Assembly (NCBI GenBank): GCA_023213395.1
Contig: CM041465.1
Span: 31,503,741-31,567,740, forward strand
DNA from: Cycas panzhihuaensis
Taxonomy: Eukaryota; Plantae; Cycadophyta
Direction: 5' to 3'
DNA: 64,000 nucleotides
Shown: positions 25,473-36,520 of the stretch, one piece after another
How positions within the stretch are numbered: the first letter of the stretch is position 1
Layout of the letters: the number at the start of each line of letters is the position of its first letter
Notes under the pieces: model-generated
What the model saw: the letters and a program-made list of their open reading frames with translations, nothing else
What the model was told of the DNA's origin: nothing
Databases searched by the model: none
Program-made: the position numbers and the translations under genes

Positions 25473-27794
25473 ATCAAAGTTATTTGCAATAAGAGATGAA
25501 AGCCCTCTAGTTGAACTATTGTCTCTGGGTTCATGTTTGCAATAATACCTGACTTAAAGCCTCAGTCATCTCACAAGTCAGCAAAAAAAGGCTTTGCTTC
25601 TGCATTATGCCATCCCCAAGTCCCTCTACAATGCATGTGATATACACTATAAGAAGGAAGAGAGACATACAGTTAGAGTCATTGCTGCAAGCGATCAATA
25701 TTATCAAACCAAGAGAAGCAGATATAATGAAGATCATGATTTAACATTTGAAACAGAAAATAATTGCAATAAGTAGGGAAAGTAGCTATTTAGCTTGTCA
25801 TGGAAGCTTATTTGTGCCTTCCAAAAACATCATTATTCAACTCCAATGACCAAAAGCCACTCCCACGGAATCATCAATATTGAATGGCAGATATACACAC
25901 AATGATCATAGAATTCCATGATCAAATTCTACAGAAGGCAATGGTAATATTTCTAGATTGGAACAAAAAGAGGAGGATGGGCGTCCTACGTTGCTTCTGG
26001 GGCTCTCTATAAACAATCCCTTTGGACCTCAAATCAATGAAGTATTTTTCAATTATATCGAGACAGAGTGCTTTCTTTTTCCTTATCTTGAGTGCGTAGT
26101 TTCGAGATCTCGAGCCCATTTTCGAATAAACGAAAAAAAGAAAATGGTAATGCCATGTCAGATAAAGACCACTTTTTGAAAGTATATCAAAGTCTTAGAA
26201 AGCGAGATGGAGGACTGGTGTGCCACTCAATAGAGTCATCTGTTGCCGTTGCCATATAGCCAATTGTTTTTTTGGCGTTTGGCATTAGCTCTGCCACTTT
26301 ATTTCAAAATTTCAAAGTTTTTTGAAATATTTAATTAAATTTTAATGTTACTTGAAGTCCACAACCTGTCACGTGCTAGCACAAAGTCATGGAGTGACAA
26401 CATGACCAGGGGTTTTAGAATTAAAGTGGCTAACATCATTTTAAATGTATTTTTAATTTTTAGATATTTAATTGTATTATTTTCTTTATATAGACTTTGA
26501 TTTTGTCTCCGTCGATTGAAATCTTGTTTCATCCTTCTTCAAAATGATTATTTATTTGGTATCATTTAAATTTGTTTTGTAAATGAAAATGTAGCTTAAA
26601 GTTGAGTCAAACTTTTATATATTCAACAAATATTAAAATTGATGTCATGTAAAACCTTGAAAGTTATGTTTAAGTATTTTATACTAACATCTTAAATGAT
26701 GACTAAAGTTTAATAATATCACATAAATTTATTTAAAAATTAAATTTAATAATTTTTGATAATCTATAAAGTGAGCATTGATAAAGATGTTGATTTAACA
26801 TGTAAGACCTGAGACAAGACATTACATATGATTGGCTAAATATTAAAAGCTAAAAATGTGTGACAAGTTTGAAGAATCTGGCATTAAAGGAGAGTCTTCT
26901 TCAATAACAATAGGGGAAGATCAACTACAAGCGGCAATTACAAGAGGTAAATATCCTAGTTTAATCACTTTTTGGTGTGAGATTCACTTAAGTTACATAA
27001 GCATGCTATATATATATGTCTTTTTTGAAAATTTATTATGTAAAAGTCAAAATATATGATGTATGATGCATTGTTGGCCTTGCAACCTTTGAGAGATTAA
27101 TGAAATCCCTATGCTTGTAGCTTTATTTAGCTGCTAAGACTCCTTATATGTTAGGGCCTTAATTTATAAGTCTATAGAGGCATGTTGAAGTTCATATAGG
27201 CCATCGTAAACTCATAGTGGTGTGATGAAGCTCATAGTGGCATAATTATAGTCTATTGAGGCATAATTTAGAGTCCATAGTAGTAAATTTGAGGATATAG
27301 AGCCCATCATTATATTTTTTACCATTAAATGTTGAAGAAAGTTGTTTTATAGTCTCATTTAGAAAGAGGTGGAACACACTCTTTCTAGTTACTCTTGCAT
27401 ATTTTTAGCACACTTGACAAGCCACGTAGGACGTCGTGTTTCTGGAACAGTACTAATGAAGACGTTGATTGAACCATGTAACCAAAATGACTACCTATAT
27501 AACTAATGGTCACAGTAGCTAGTTATCCATGTGATCTAGTAGATGTCATATTCATATGAACATCAGTAATTTGAAGAAAATTTAATATAGCTTGGAGCAA
27601 CTATAATTGTGAGAAAATGAAATAGCAAAGATAGCAGATATAATAATTATAAATTAAATATTAAGTGGGACAAATGTAGGATTTAATATTTAGACTAATG
27701 TTTAATTCATTAGTCATTATGTAGATCCCCCCTTCATGTTCTTGTAGCCCTCAAGATTCTTCTTATTGTTATATTGTACTCATCTTAATATGTA

Positions 27795-28140
<346 letters not shown>

Positions 28141-28406
28141 CGTATATGGAGTAGTTACATATTTCTGTATCCCATTTATATTACAAAAATAATAGGATTT
28201 ATTTGAATTCTTCTCCTCTGTCAAATCGGAGAATTTTGATTTTGCATTTACTCTCTAACTCAACCTATGCCTTGAATTCTTTGAAGTAGGCTAAGACTTC
28301 TGATTTACTAAAAAAGAAAATAGACCCAAGTTTTTCTAAAGAAATCATCAGTGAAGGTGAGGTAGTCCCTTGCTTTATTTATTGAGTTTGTCATTATTGG
28401 CCCGTA
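28141..28406 (-). pseudogene. pol: Copia B integrase core segment isolated between two insertions
   Basis: GPIMTNSINKARDYLTFTDDFFRKTWVYFL..ILRFDRGEEF..YVTTPYT; joins LELAHTDLC at ~57290 and PQSNG at ~22918. Confidence 0.9.
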
Positions 28407-28616
28407 TGTTAAACTTTAGACTCAGATTTATGAGAATGACTTGATTTATTTATTATGAGGGAGATAGTCTCCTTAAATATATATAAGTAAATGTAACTAA
28501 TACATGTATAGATGATATGTGCCAGACAAGTGTCTAAGTTACATCAGGAGTTACAGAAAGAGAGATTAAGACACTACCCTCGATATACATTTAGGATAAA
28601 ATATTATATTTTAACA
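28407..28616 (-). repeat. 3' LTR of copia C
   Basis: tgttaaa...tttaaca; homologous to 57082-57289. Confidence 0.9.
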
Positions 28617-28639
28617 CCCTCTCTTAATATTTTATTCTT

Positions 28640-29181
28640 TTAACCATATTCTATCTCAAAAAATCTAAAATTTATCATTGTTGAGCGATTTTCTTATGAT
28701 ATCAGCAGCTTGCTCATTTTTAGGATAATATGCTAAGTCAACTTTTTTGTTGTGCACCTTTTCCCATATGAAATGATGATGCACCTTAATGTGTTTTGTT
28801 CTCGTATAGAATACAGGGTTCTTAGCCAATTTTATGGCACTCTGATCATTACAAAGTAAAGTTGTTGTCCTTCTTGTTATTGATCTAAACCTAGTAGTAG
28901 TTGCCTCAGTTAGACTACTTCACAAGTAGCATTGACAACTAACTTGTATTCAACTTTAGTAGATGAAAGTGTGACTATCAGTTGTCTTTTACTGTTCCAA
29001 GAGATAGTTGTTGGCCTCAAGAAGAAGCAGTGTTCACTTGTGGATCTCCTCTTTTTTTTTGTCTCCGGCCTAATTTGAGTCACTAAACCCAATTAACTTC
29101 TCTAATTTCATTTTTGGACAGATAAATTTTTCCTTTTAAATAGTATCCTCTTGGCTGCCTTCAAATGTCTTGTCTTGGGTT
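28640..29181 (-). pseudogene. pol: Copia C RNase H
   Basis: ISWNSKRQLIVTLSSTKVEYK..TCEVV (ORF 28910-29092); NPVFYTRTKHIKVHHHFI. Confidence 0.9.
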
Positions 29182-32100
29182 TGTTAGAAAATAGAACCTA
29201 CAATAAGATATTCACAAACAGAATAGAACACACCTCCATAGGATCAAACGGTACGCTTAAGGTACCTCAAATTGTATTAACAAAACATCATTACAACAAC
29301 ATATAATACGATATATTATGTTGTGTATTTATAATACATGTCAATATAGTGAGAGTGGATCCCACTTGCATGTGGGATAAAACAAATGTGCATTAATATT
29401 CCAACACTCCCCCTTAATGCACATTTGGGTCATTTGTATTTGCAATGCTTTGTCCTTGGAAATGTATTGAGAATGATGTCTTCAACTTGAGCCTTGTATT
29501 CAATGTTGTAGTGATGTCTTTGCTGTAGAATGATGTCTTCATCTTAATTTTTATCTCTAATTCTGTACTGATGCCTTTTTAAGATGATGTCCTTAACTTG
29601 ATTTCTATCTTCAATCTTATAATGATGATGTTGATGTAGCAGCTCTAGCAAGTGCAAATCTTGATTCTTCATTATGGTTGGTCTAGTTTGATTTTGATGA
29701 AGATCCTGTAAGTAACCTTCTTTAAACACAACTTGCTTGTCATCATTATCCTGTGTAAGTTCTTGATCACCATGTACAACAATGATTTCTTCAACCTTTA
29801 GAGTTGACTCTTGATCAACTTACATACTTTTTGAACTTGAATCAATACTCAAAGAAGGAACATCATTCAAGCTTAAATCAATACTTAAAGTAGGAATATC
29901 ATCAATATAAGACTCATCCTTTATAGGACCATCAGATTCATATTCAATTTCTCTTGAAATCATGGTGTCATCTATATGAACCTTTATCAACTTATCATTT
30001 TCAACGTCTTCATTAGTAGTTGTAGTCTCATCAATACATTCAACCATCGTTTCTTTACATTCAGTAGAAATTTCATCAGTACTCATACCTTCTTCATATT
30101 GACATGTTGTTTCATCAGAGTTGATGATATTTTCTTCATTTGTTGTACCTATACCATAACCATAACTAGCCTTAATTTCTTTTTCAATCATTCGTTGTGT
30201 CTCTTCAGGGGTTTGTTCAAATACTTCCCTTAGAAAATCCCAAGCTTCTTTAGCATTACTTACATGTAAAATTATAGGAATGACAAAATGGAGTTTAGAA
30301 GGAAGATCAACCTCATTGAATGCAGCACGAATCATAATGAATGCTTTTGTATCTTTCTTCTCAAGCATTTCCTTTTCTTCTTCATCCTTAGGGATATTAT
30401 ATTCATCAGTAACAATCTTCTAAAAACCTCTAGCTATGAATAAACATCTCATTTTAATTGTCCAAAAGAAGTAGTCTTCACCATTACACTTAGGTACTGG
30501 AAGAAACGAATCTCTTAAGTAATATTCATATGTTTCAGGAGCATATATAACCACATCATTATCTTCCATGATTGTAAATGCCATTTTCAAATAATGTGTC
30601 CCATTTTTAAATCAATAAGCTCACCTAACATTGGTAATATGCCCATTGGTCAATCTCAACAAACTTTCTCATGTCTCATTTCCTTCACATCACTGATCAC
30701 ATCATCACCTTGCCCATTTCTCATAAACAGTCACATAGAATCTAAACACTCACTTCACTAAATCAATGTATGCCACATGTCACCATTAAATTGCCAAGAT
30801 ACATACTTCACTTAATTGCCCAAAACACGACTCATGCTACAACACCACTCAACAAAATTTGTTTTCCTACAACTCAATTCATCCTTCTTTGCCCATTCAG
30901 TCAATTAATAAACACATCATCAAACATGTATAATTTCATCCTTAAAACATGCTAGTAACCTCACATGTAACAAGCACCTCATTGTCTCAATTCACCATTT
31001 TCCTTACCCTCAAATTTGCCTTATCAAGCCCATAAAGCCCCTTCATATAAATCACATTCCACAGAGCACTTAATTGTTATATGCCATCCAACTCATTCAT
31101 GTAAACATATGTACTATCGCTTCATCACCACACTATGCCATCATCACAATAGTTCTCTCATACAAACAAATGTAAGAAAACACTCAAACTAACATCACTA
31201 ACTTCTTTATTTCACCATATGCATGTCTCATTATCACAACCATGTCTCATATCACCAATGAGTTAGGTATTCAAAGACACTCACAAGCATCGCCATATCA
31301 CAAAATTACCTCATATTGTAACATTACTCAACTTATATAAATCACATACAAGATAGCATTATGCCAATGCCAAATGTCACTACTTTTTTACCAATTAAGA
31401 GTGCAAAACACTTATATCACCTCATTATCATTGCTTCATTCATGTCACCATATCAATATGAAACCCTTAAATTCCCAAAAAACTTATTTCTGAAAAAAAA
31501 TATAGCTCAAAAGTACATAAAGTATGGATGAAAATGATGGCCTCTGAAATACGATCCTAACGGTTTAGACAAAATTGAATTCTGATATCTAGATCAAAAG
31601 TTATGCTCCTTTTAAGAATTTCACAATTAGGGTTTCTAGGGACTGTAATAGTACCTTCTGATAAACTGCTAATAAGTTTTCATTATGAACTTTGATGAAC
31701 CTCAAACCACTTCCATTCGAAAGAAAATTTAAAAACACATAGAATAAAAAAAAAAATTGAGGTCATTTGGATACATGTAGCCAAAGTTATGGCTATTTGA
31801 AGTTGAGGTTGCAGATTCGTCCCAAAAATACGGCGACGAAAAAAATGCAGGCCGAAATTAATTTTGCTGTAATTTTCACACTTTCACCCCAAAATCTATA
31901 GCGTGACCACTCAAAATTTATAGAACAAGCTATTTCGTCTCAATTTCGTCATTACTTTTCAGAAATTTCAACGTTATGGAACCTCCCAAATCACTGCTCT
32001 AATACCGAACAAAAACACCTCTCTCAACCCGGGCGCTCTAATACCATGTTGGAAAATAGAACCTGCAATAAGATATTCATAAACAGAATAGAACACACCT

Positions 32101-32271
32101 CCACAGGATCGAATGGTACCCTTAAGGTACCTCAAATTGTATTAACAAAACATTATTACAAGAACATATAATATGATACACTATGTTGTGTATTTATAAT
32201 ACATGTCAATATAGTGAGAGTGGAACCCACTTGCATATGGGATAAAACAAATGTTCATTAATATTCCAACA
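29182..32271 (-). mobile_element. Element E: complete non-autonomous copia-derived LTR element (TR-GAG-like), 3090 bp
   Basis: 225-bp LTRs 29182-29406 and 32047-32271 (~15 mismatches), TSD gggtt/gggct, PBS 32035-32046, PPT 29407-29415; no PR, INT or RT motifs. Confidence 0.93.
29430..30584 (-). pseudogene. gag: Element E protein (384 codons): Gag N-terminal domain, acidic linker, His-rich repeats
   Basis: One frame from ATG 30584 to TGA 29430, no frameshift, three point stops (TAG, TAA, TAA); PKCNGEDYFFWTIKMRCLFIARGF and AKEAWDFLREVF are copia Gag N-terminal motifs. Confidence 0.85.
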
Positions 32272-32276
32272 GGGCT

Positions 32277-34942
32277 CTTGTATGTATCTTAAAACTTATA
32301 AAGTATAAGATGTTAAGTCTAGTTATAGTGAGATAAGTCAGACTTCCAATCAGTTGTTTGTATAAAGTTGCATTTACTGAAGTTTCTTCTTTGCTTGGAA
32401 CCAGGTCATAATTAATTTCTATAGGAGTTGCACAATTGTTGAATCTTCTATTTGATATCTAGTTAGCAATTCTTTTATATATTCACTTTAAGACAATATA
32501 ATTGATTCCCCATTTTGATTGACTTATATTCCCAGATAGTAACTTAGAAGTCCCAAGTCTGTCATTTCTAAGCTCTTTTCTTACTGACTTTTTATACTTT
32601 ATACTAATTCTATATCACTCTCTGTGAGAATTATATCATTTACATAAACCACATTTATTATGATTAGCCCATTTCTTTTCTTCTTGTATAGACTAGAATC
32701 TAAACTATATTGAAGAACACCATTTTGTGAAAGAAATTTGTTCAGTTAGGCATACCAAGCTCTTGGAACTTTCTTTAACTCATATAATGCCTTATTCAAT
32801 TTGCACATAAGATTTTCTTAACCCTTTTTAATATAGTCTTCTTGTTGTCTCATGTAGACTCCTTCTTCAAGCTCACCATTCAAAAAAACACTCCCTATAT
32901 TCAACTGATAATTTTTTTAGTTATTTTGAGTTGTTAAAGCAATTACTACTCTTATAGTGTCAAGTTTGGCAATAGGTGAGAATGTTTCATCGAAGTCTAT
33001 CCCAGTTATTTGGGTTAGGTATAACCCTTTGCTACAAGTCTGCCCTTATGATTTTCTATTCTACCATCAACATTTTCCTTTATTTTGTATATCCACTTGC
33101 AATTGACCACTAGCTTATCGTTAGGCAAATCAATCAGCTCCAAAGCTTGATTTTTAGTGATTGATTTCATTTCAGCATCTATTGTTACTTGTCATTCTAC
33201 ATGTTCCTTTGATTATTTAAAGGATTGTGGTTCTATGTTGTTGAATAATACTTGATGCTTCTGTCTTCTTGTACTGTGCGTAAACACGTCTCCCTTTCCT
33301 TTTTCAATAGTTTTAATGTAATATTTTGGTACTCTATTTTCCTCTTCCTTTTTTTTCTGTAACTGATTTCTCAAGAGATAATTTTTCTCCTTCAAAGACC
33401 AAGCTTTCATGAGGTAGAGTTGTTGTTTTTAACTCTTTCACATTATTCTGTCTTATATCTTTTGATGTTATCATAAAGATTTCTTCAACCGAAGATTCTT
33501 CTTACAATATCCTTTTTGGTGCTTCTTCAATTACTTGAGGTGGAGAATGACTTCTAATGACATCTCCTTCATTAAAAATGACATCTCTACATATGTAGAT
33601 CTCATTAGTTTTTGGATCTATACATTTATAGGCTTTTGAATTTTTACTATAACCTATAATAATACAATCTATACTTTAGGAGTCAAGTTTGGATCTCCTT
33701 TTGTTTAGTATATGAATGAAAATTTGCCATCCAAATATTTTCAAGTAATTTATATCTACTTTTTGTCACGTCTAGGCTTCTTCTAGAGTAACTTATTTCA
33801 AGATTTTTGTTGGGTTTCGATTTATTAGGTAGCAGACTATACTTATTACTTTTACCCAGTAAGTTTTAAAGATTTGTTTGTCATAAATCATGTTGTGAGC
33901 TATCTCTATAATAGTTTTATTTTTCTGTTCAACTACTCCATTGGATTGAGATGTGTTGGGAGTCGTAGATTAGCTACATATTCCATGTGTTTTGTAGAAA
34001 TTCAAGAACTCCTTTAAATATATTGTCCTCCACCATTTGATCTTATACATTTTAGTTTTAACCCTTATTTCAACTTGATTTCAGTCTTAAATTCTTTGAA
34101 TGTTTCAAAGACCTTGGATTCATTATAGAGAAAATAAATCCACACTTTCCTAAAAAAATCATCAATGAACGTTAAAAAATATCTAGAGCGATTGATTAGA
34201 TGAGGAATAAGAGGTCCATATAGATCTGTATGTATCAATTCTAGTTTATTTTGAGCTCGCCATTCTTTTTTTTAAAGAAAAACGGTGTTGTTTTCCAAGC
34301 TGACAACCTTTGCAAATAAAATGATTAGATATAATATTGGAAAGTCCATTAACCATTCATGTTTTATGCATCATTTTTAATCTATCTAAAGATATGTACC
34401 CATACTTCAAATGCCACAATTTATTATTAATATCAAAATTTGCAATAGTGTATGCCTTTACATCCTTTTTTGGAATTATAAGATTAGAAAGTAACATGTA
34501 TAAGTCATTACTTTCTATCCCTTTATCAATCACAACACCAATATTCTTCATATCTAAGATATAGCAGTACCCTTCCTCATCAAATATAGTCTTCAATCTT
34601 TTCTTTCTGAGTTAAGAGACAGAGATGAGATTATTTTTCTAACTTGGTACAAAATGTACATTTCTAATTCTCTACACATTACCCCTTAATTTGACAGCTA
34701 TGACCATGATTCCTTTAATATTTAGAGAATACTTGTCCTCTAATTCAACAAATTTGTTGGGGGTATAAGGTTTAAGCGACTTAAACTAGTCTTCCTGACC
34801 TATCATGTGTCGTGAAGCTCTGAAGTCTATGTACCATACGTCTTCATCTTCGAGGCTGGTAGTAAGAGAGACAATGAAGATTGTCTCCTTGTCATCCTCA
34901 TCTATTTGTTCCTTGTTGTAATTTTCAATGTCACTTCCCTCT
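32277..34942 (-). pseudogene. pol: Copia C pol: protease, integrase, RT
   Basis: VWYIDFRASRHM (ORF 34786-34971), LWHLKYGYIS (ORF 34357-34596), LELIHTDLYGP ~34215-34250, RT ~32280-33200. Confidence 0.92.
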
Positions 34943-35255
34943 TGTTGATTGTAGAAGATAAAGCAGATCAAATCCTTTCAAGCCATATTGGCGTAGTAAT
35001 CAAATTCCAAACATTTGAAGGCCATGTTAAAAAACACTAGGGTGATACACCCAATATATTTATAGATTTTAGGGAGATGGGAGTCTACCTCAACCCGACC
35101 GTTAGTCAAATATTAAAAAAATAATAAATCAAAGTATAATCTTACCTCGTCAGCTCGAGAACGGCTTGTGGCAACTTAGAAATGGTTGGTGGTGGCATGT
35201 TGGTTTCCAATGCACATCTGCATGTAGGTTAAGCACAATGGATATTATTCTAACA
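34943..35255 (-). repeat. 3' LTR of copia F
   Basis: tgttga...tctaaca; homologous to 55236-55548. Confidence 0.92.
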
Positions 35256-35959
35256 TTCTCCCCCATAATGTCCCTTATGCATAACTCCAAGTTTCTCTCT
35301 GAATTTATAGAACATGATTTTTCTTAATGCCCTTGTGAAGATAACAGTCGTTTGGTATTCTATGCTACAATATACCAACTCAATTTCACTTGCTTGGACC
35401 AATTCATGAATGAAGTGATGTTGAGTCTCAATGTGCTTAGTTTTGCCATAGAAAACTGGATTGTGAGTCATCTGAATGATGCTTTAGTTATAACACCAAA
35501 TCTTGGTTGGGCCTTTCTGTTCCATTTGAAGATCATGTAGAAGTTGTCGTAACTATACAATCTCACATGTATCTAAAACCGCTACTTTGTATTATGCTTA
35601 TGTTGTAGATAAGAAAATTGTATTTTGTTTCTTTATGCTCTATACAATGGCTATTGAACCTAAACTGAATACATATCTTGAAGCAGATTTTCTATCATCA
35701 ACATCTCCTGCCCAATCAAAGTCTATATATTTAATCAACCTGAAGTTTGGTGAAGATTTATAACGTAACCCATAATTTGCTGTACCTTTTAAGTATCATA
35801 AAATCCTCTTCGTTGTTTGCCAATGAGTGGATTTGGGATCTTGCACGAATCTTGAAACTATACTAATTGCATGCATAATATCATGTCATATTGATGTTAA
35901 ATATATCAAGCTACCAATCAATTATCTATAAAGAGTGGCATCCATTGGTGCAAAATTAT
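35250..35959 (-). pseudogene. pol: Copia F RT end and RNase H
   Basis: NPVFYGKTKHIETQHHFIHELV (ORF 35250-35471); DFDWAGDVDDRKSASRY ~35680-35725. Confidence 0.92.
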
Positions 35960-36520
35960 TGTTAGACCTTATGTTTACATATTAAGCATATGTACTTTAT
36001 TATTCATGTACTATTCATATCTTTGTACTTTTATTCTTTTGTACTTTAGTGACTTATCACTTAAGTGATAAAGTACACACTCACATTCTTTCCTAGTGAC
36101 ACAACATTGTCATTAAAGGGTCAAATGGAACCCCATGCACTTTTGTTCACTTGATAGACTTAAAGGACACTTGTTTTATATCCAAGGCATGTACATTAGA
36201 TGTTTGACACTTGTCAAACATTCAATACCTTAGGTCTCTTCCTTCACTCTATATATTGAGACATCTCCTCATTGTTCTCATATAGAGATGGAGCTTTATT
36301 GTTATGATGTTAGTTTGCTAATCAAACTACTATTCATTTGGAGGTTGGACCAATTCCAACTCCTCATCTTTGATATCATTTTGCTCTTTATCTTCATGCT
36401 TGATCTTGCTCATGTTTGATCTCATAGCTTCATTCTTAGTTTAGTTTATTTATTTTTTAGAGCTAGAGTGAACATAGCTTCTAGATCTTGGGATTGTAAG
36501 GCCATTTGGCCATTTTCACA
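35960..36520 (+). repeat. 5' LTR of copia G
   Basis: TG...CA, direct repeat of 47817-48377, followed by PBS. Confidence 0.94.

Noticed and set aside
27165-27300. CRISPR-like array (also 61596-61770)
   Set aside because: Degenerate head-to-tail repeats without unique spacers, no cas genes, eukaryotic context
25645-27750. CACTA transposon ends (cactataagaa ... ttcttgtagc)
   Set aside because: Right end lacks TAGTG; no 3-bp TSD or subterminal repeats identified
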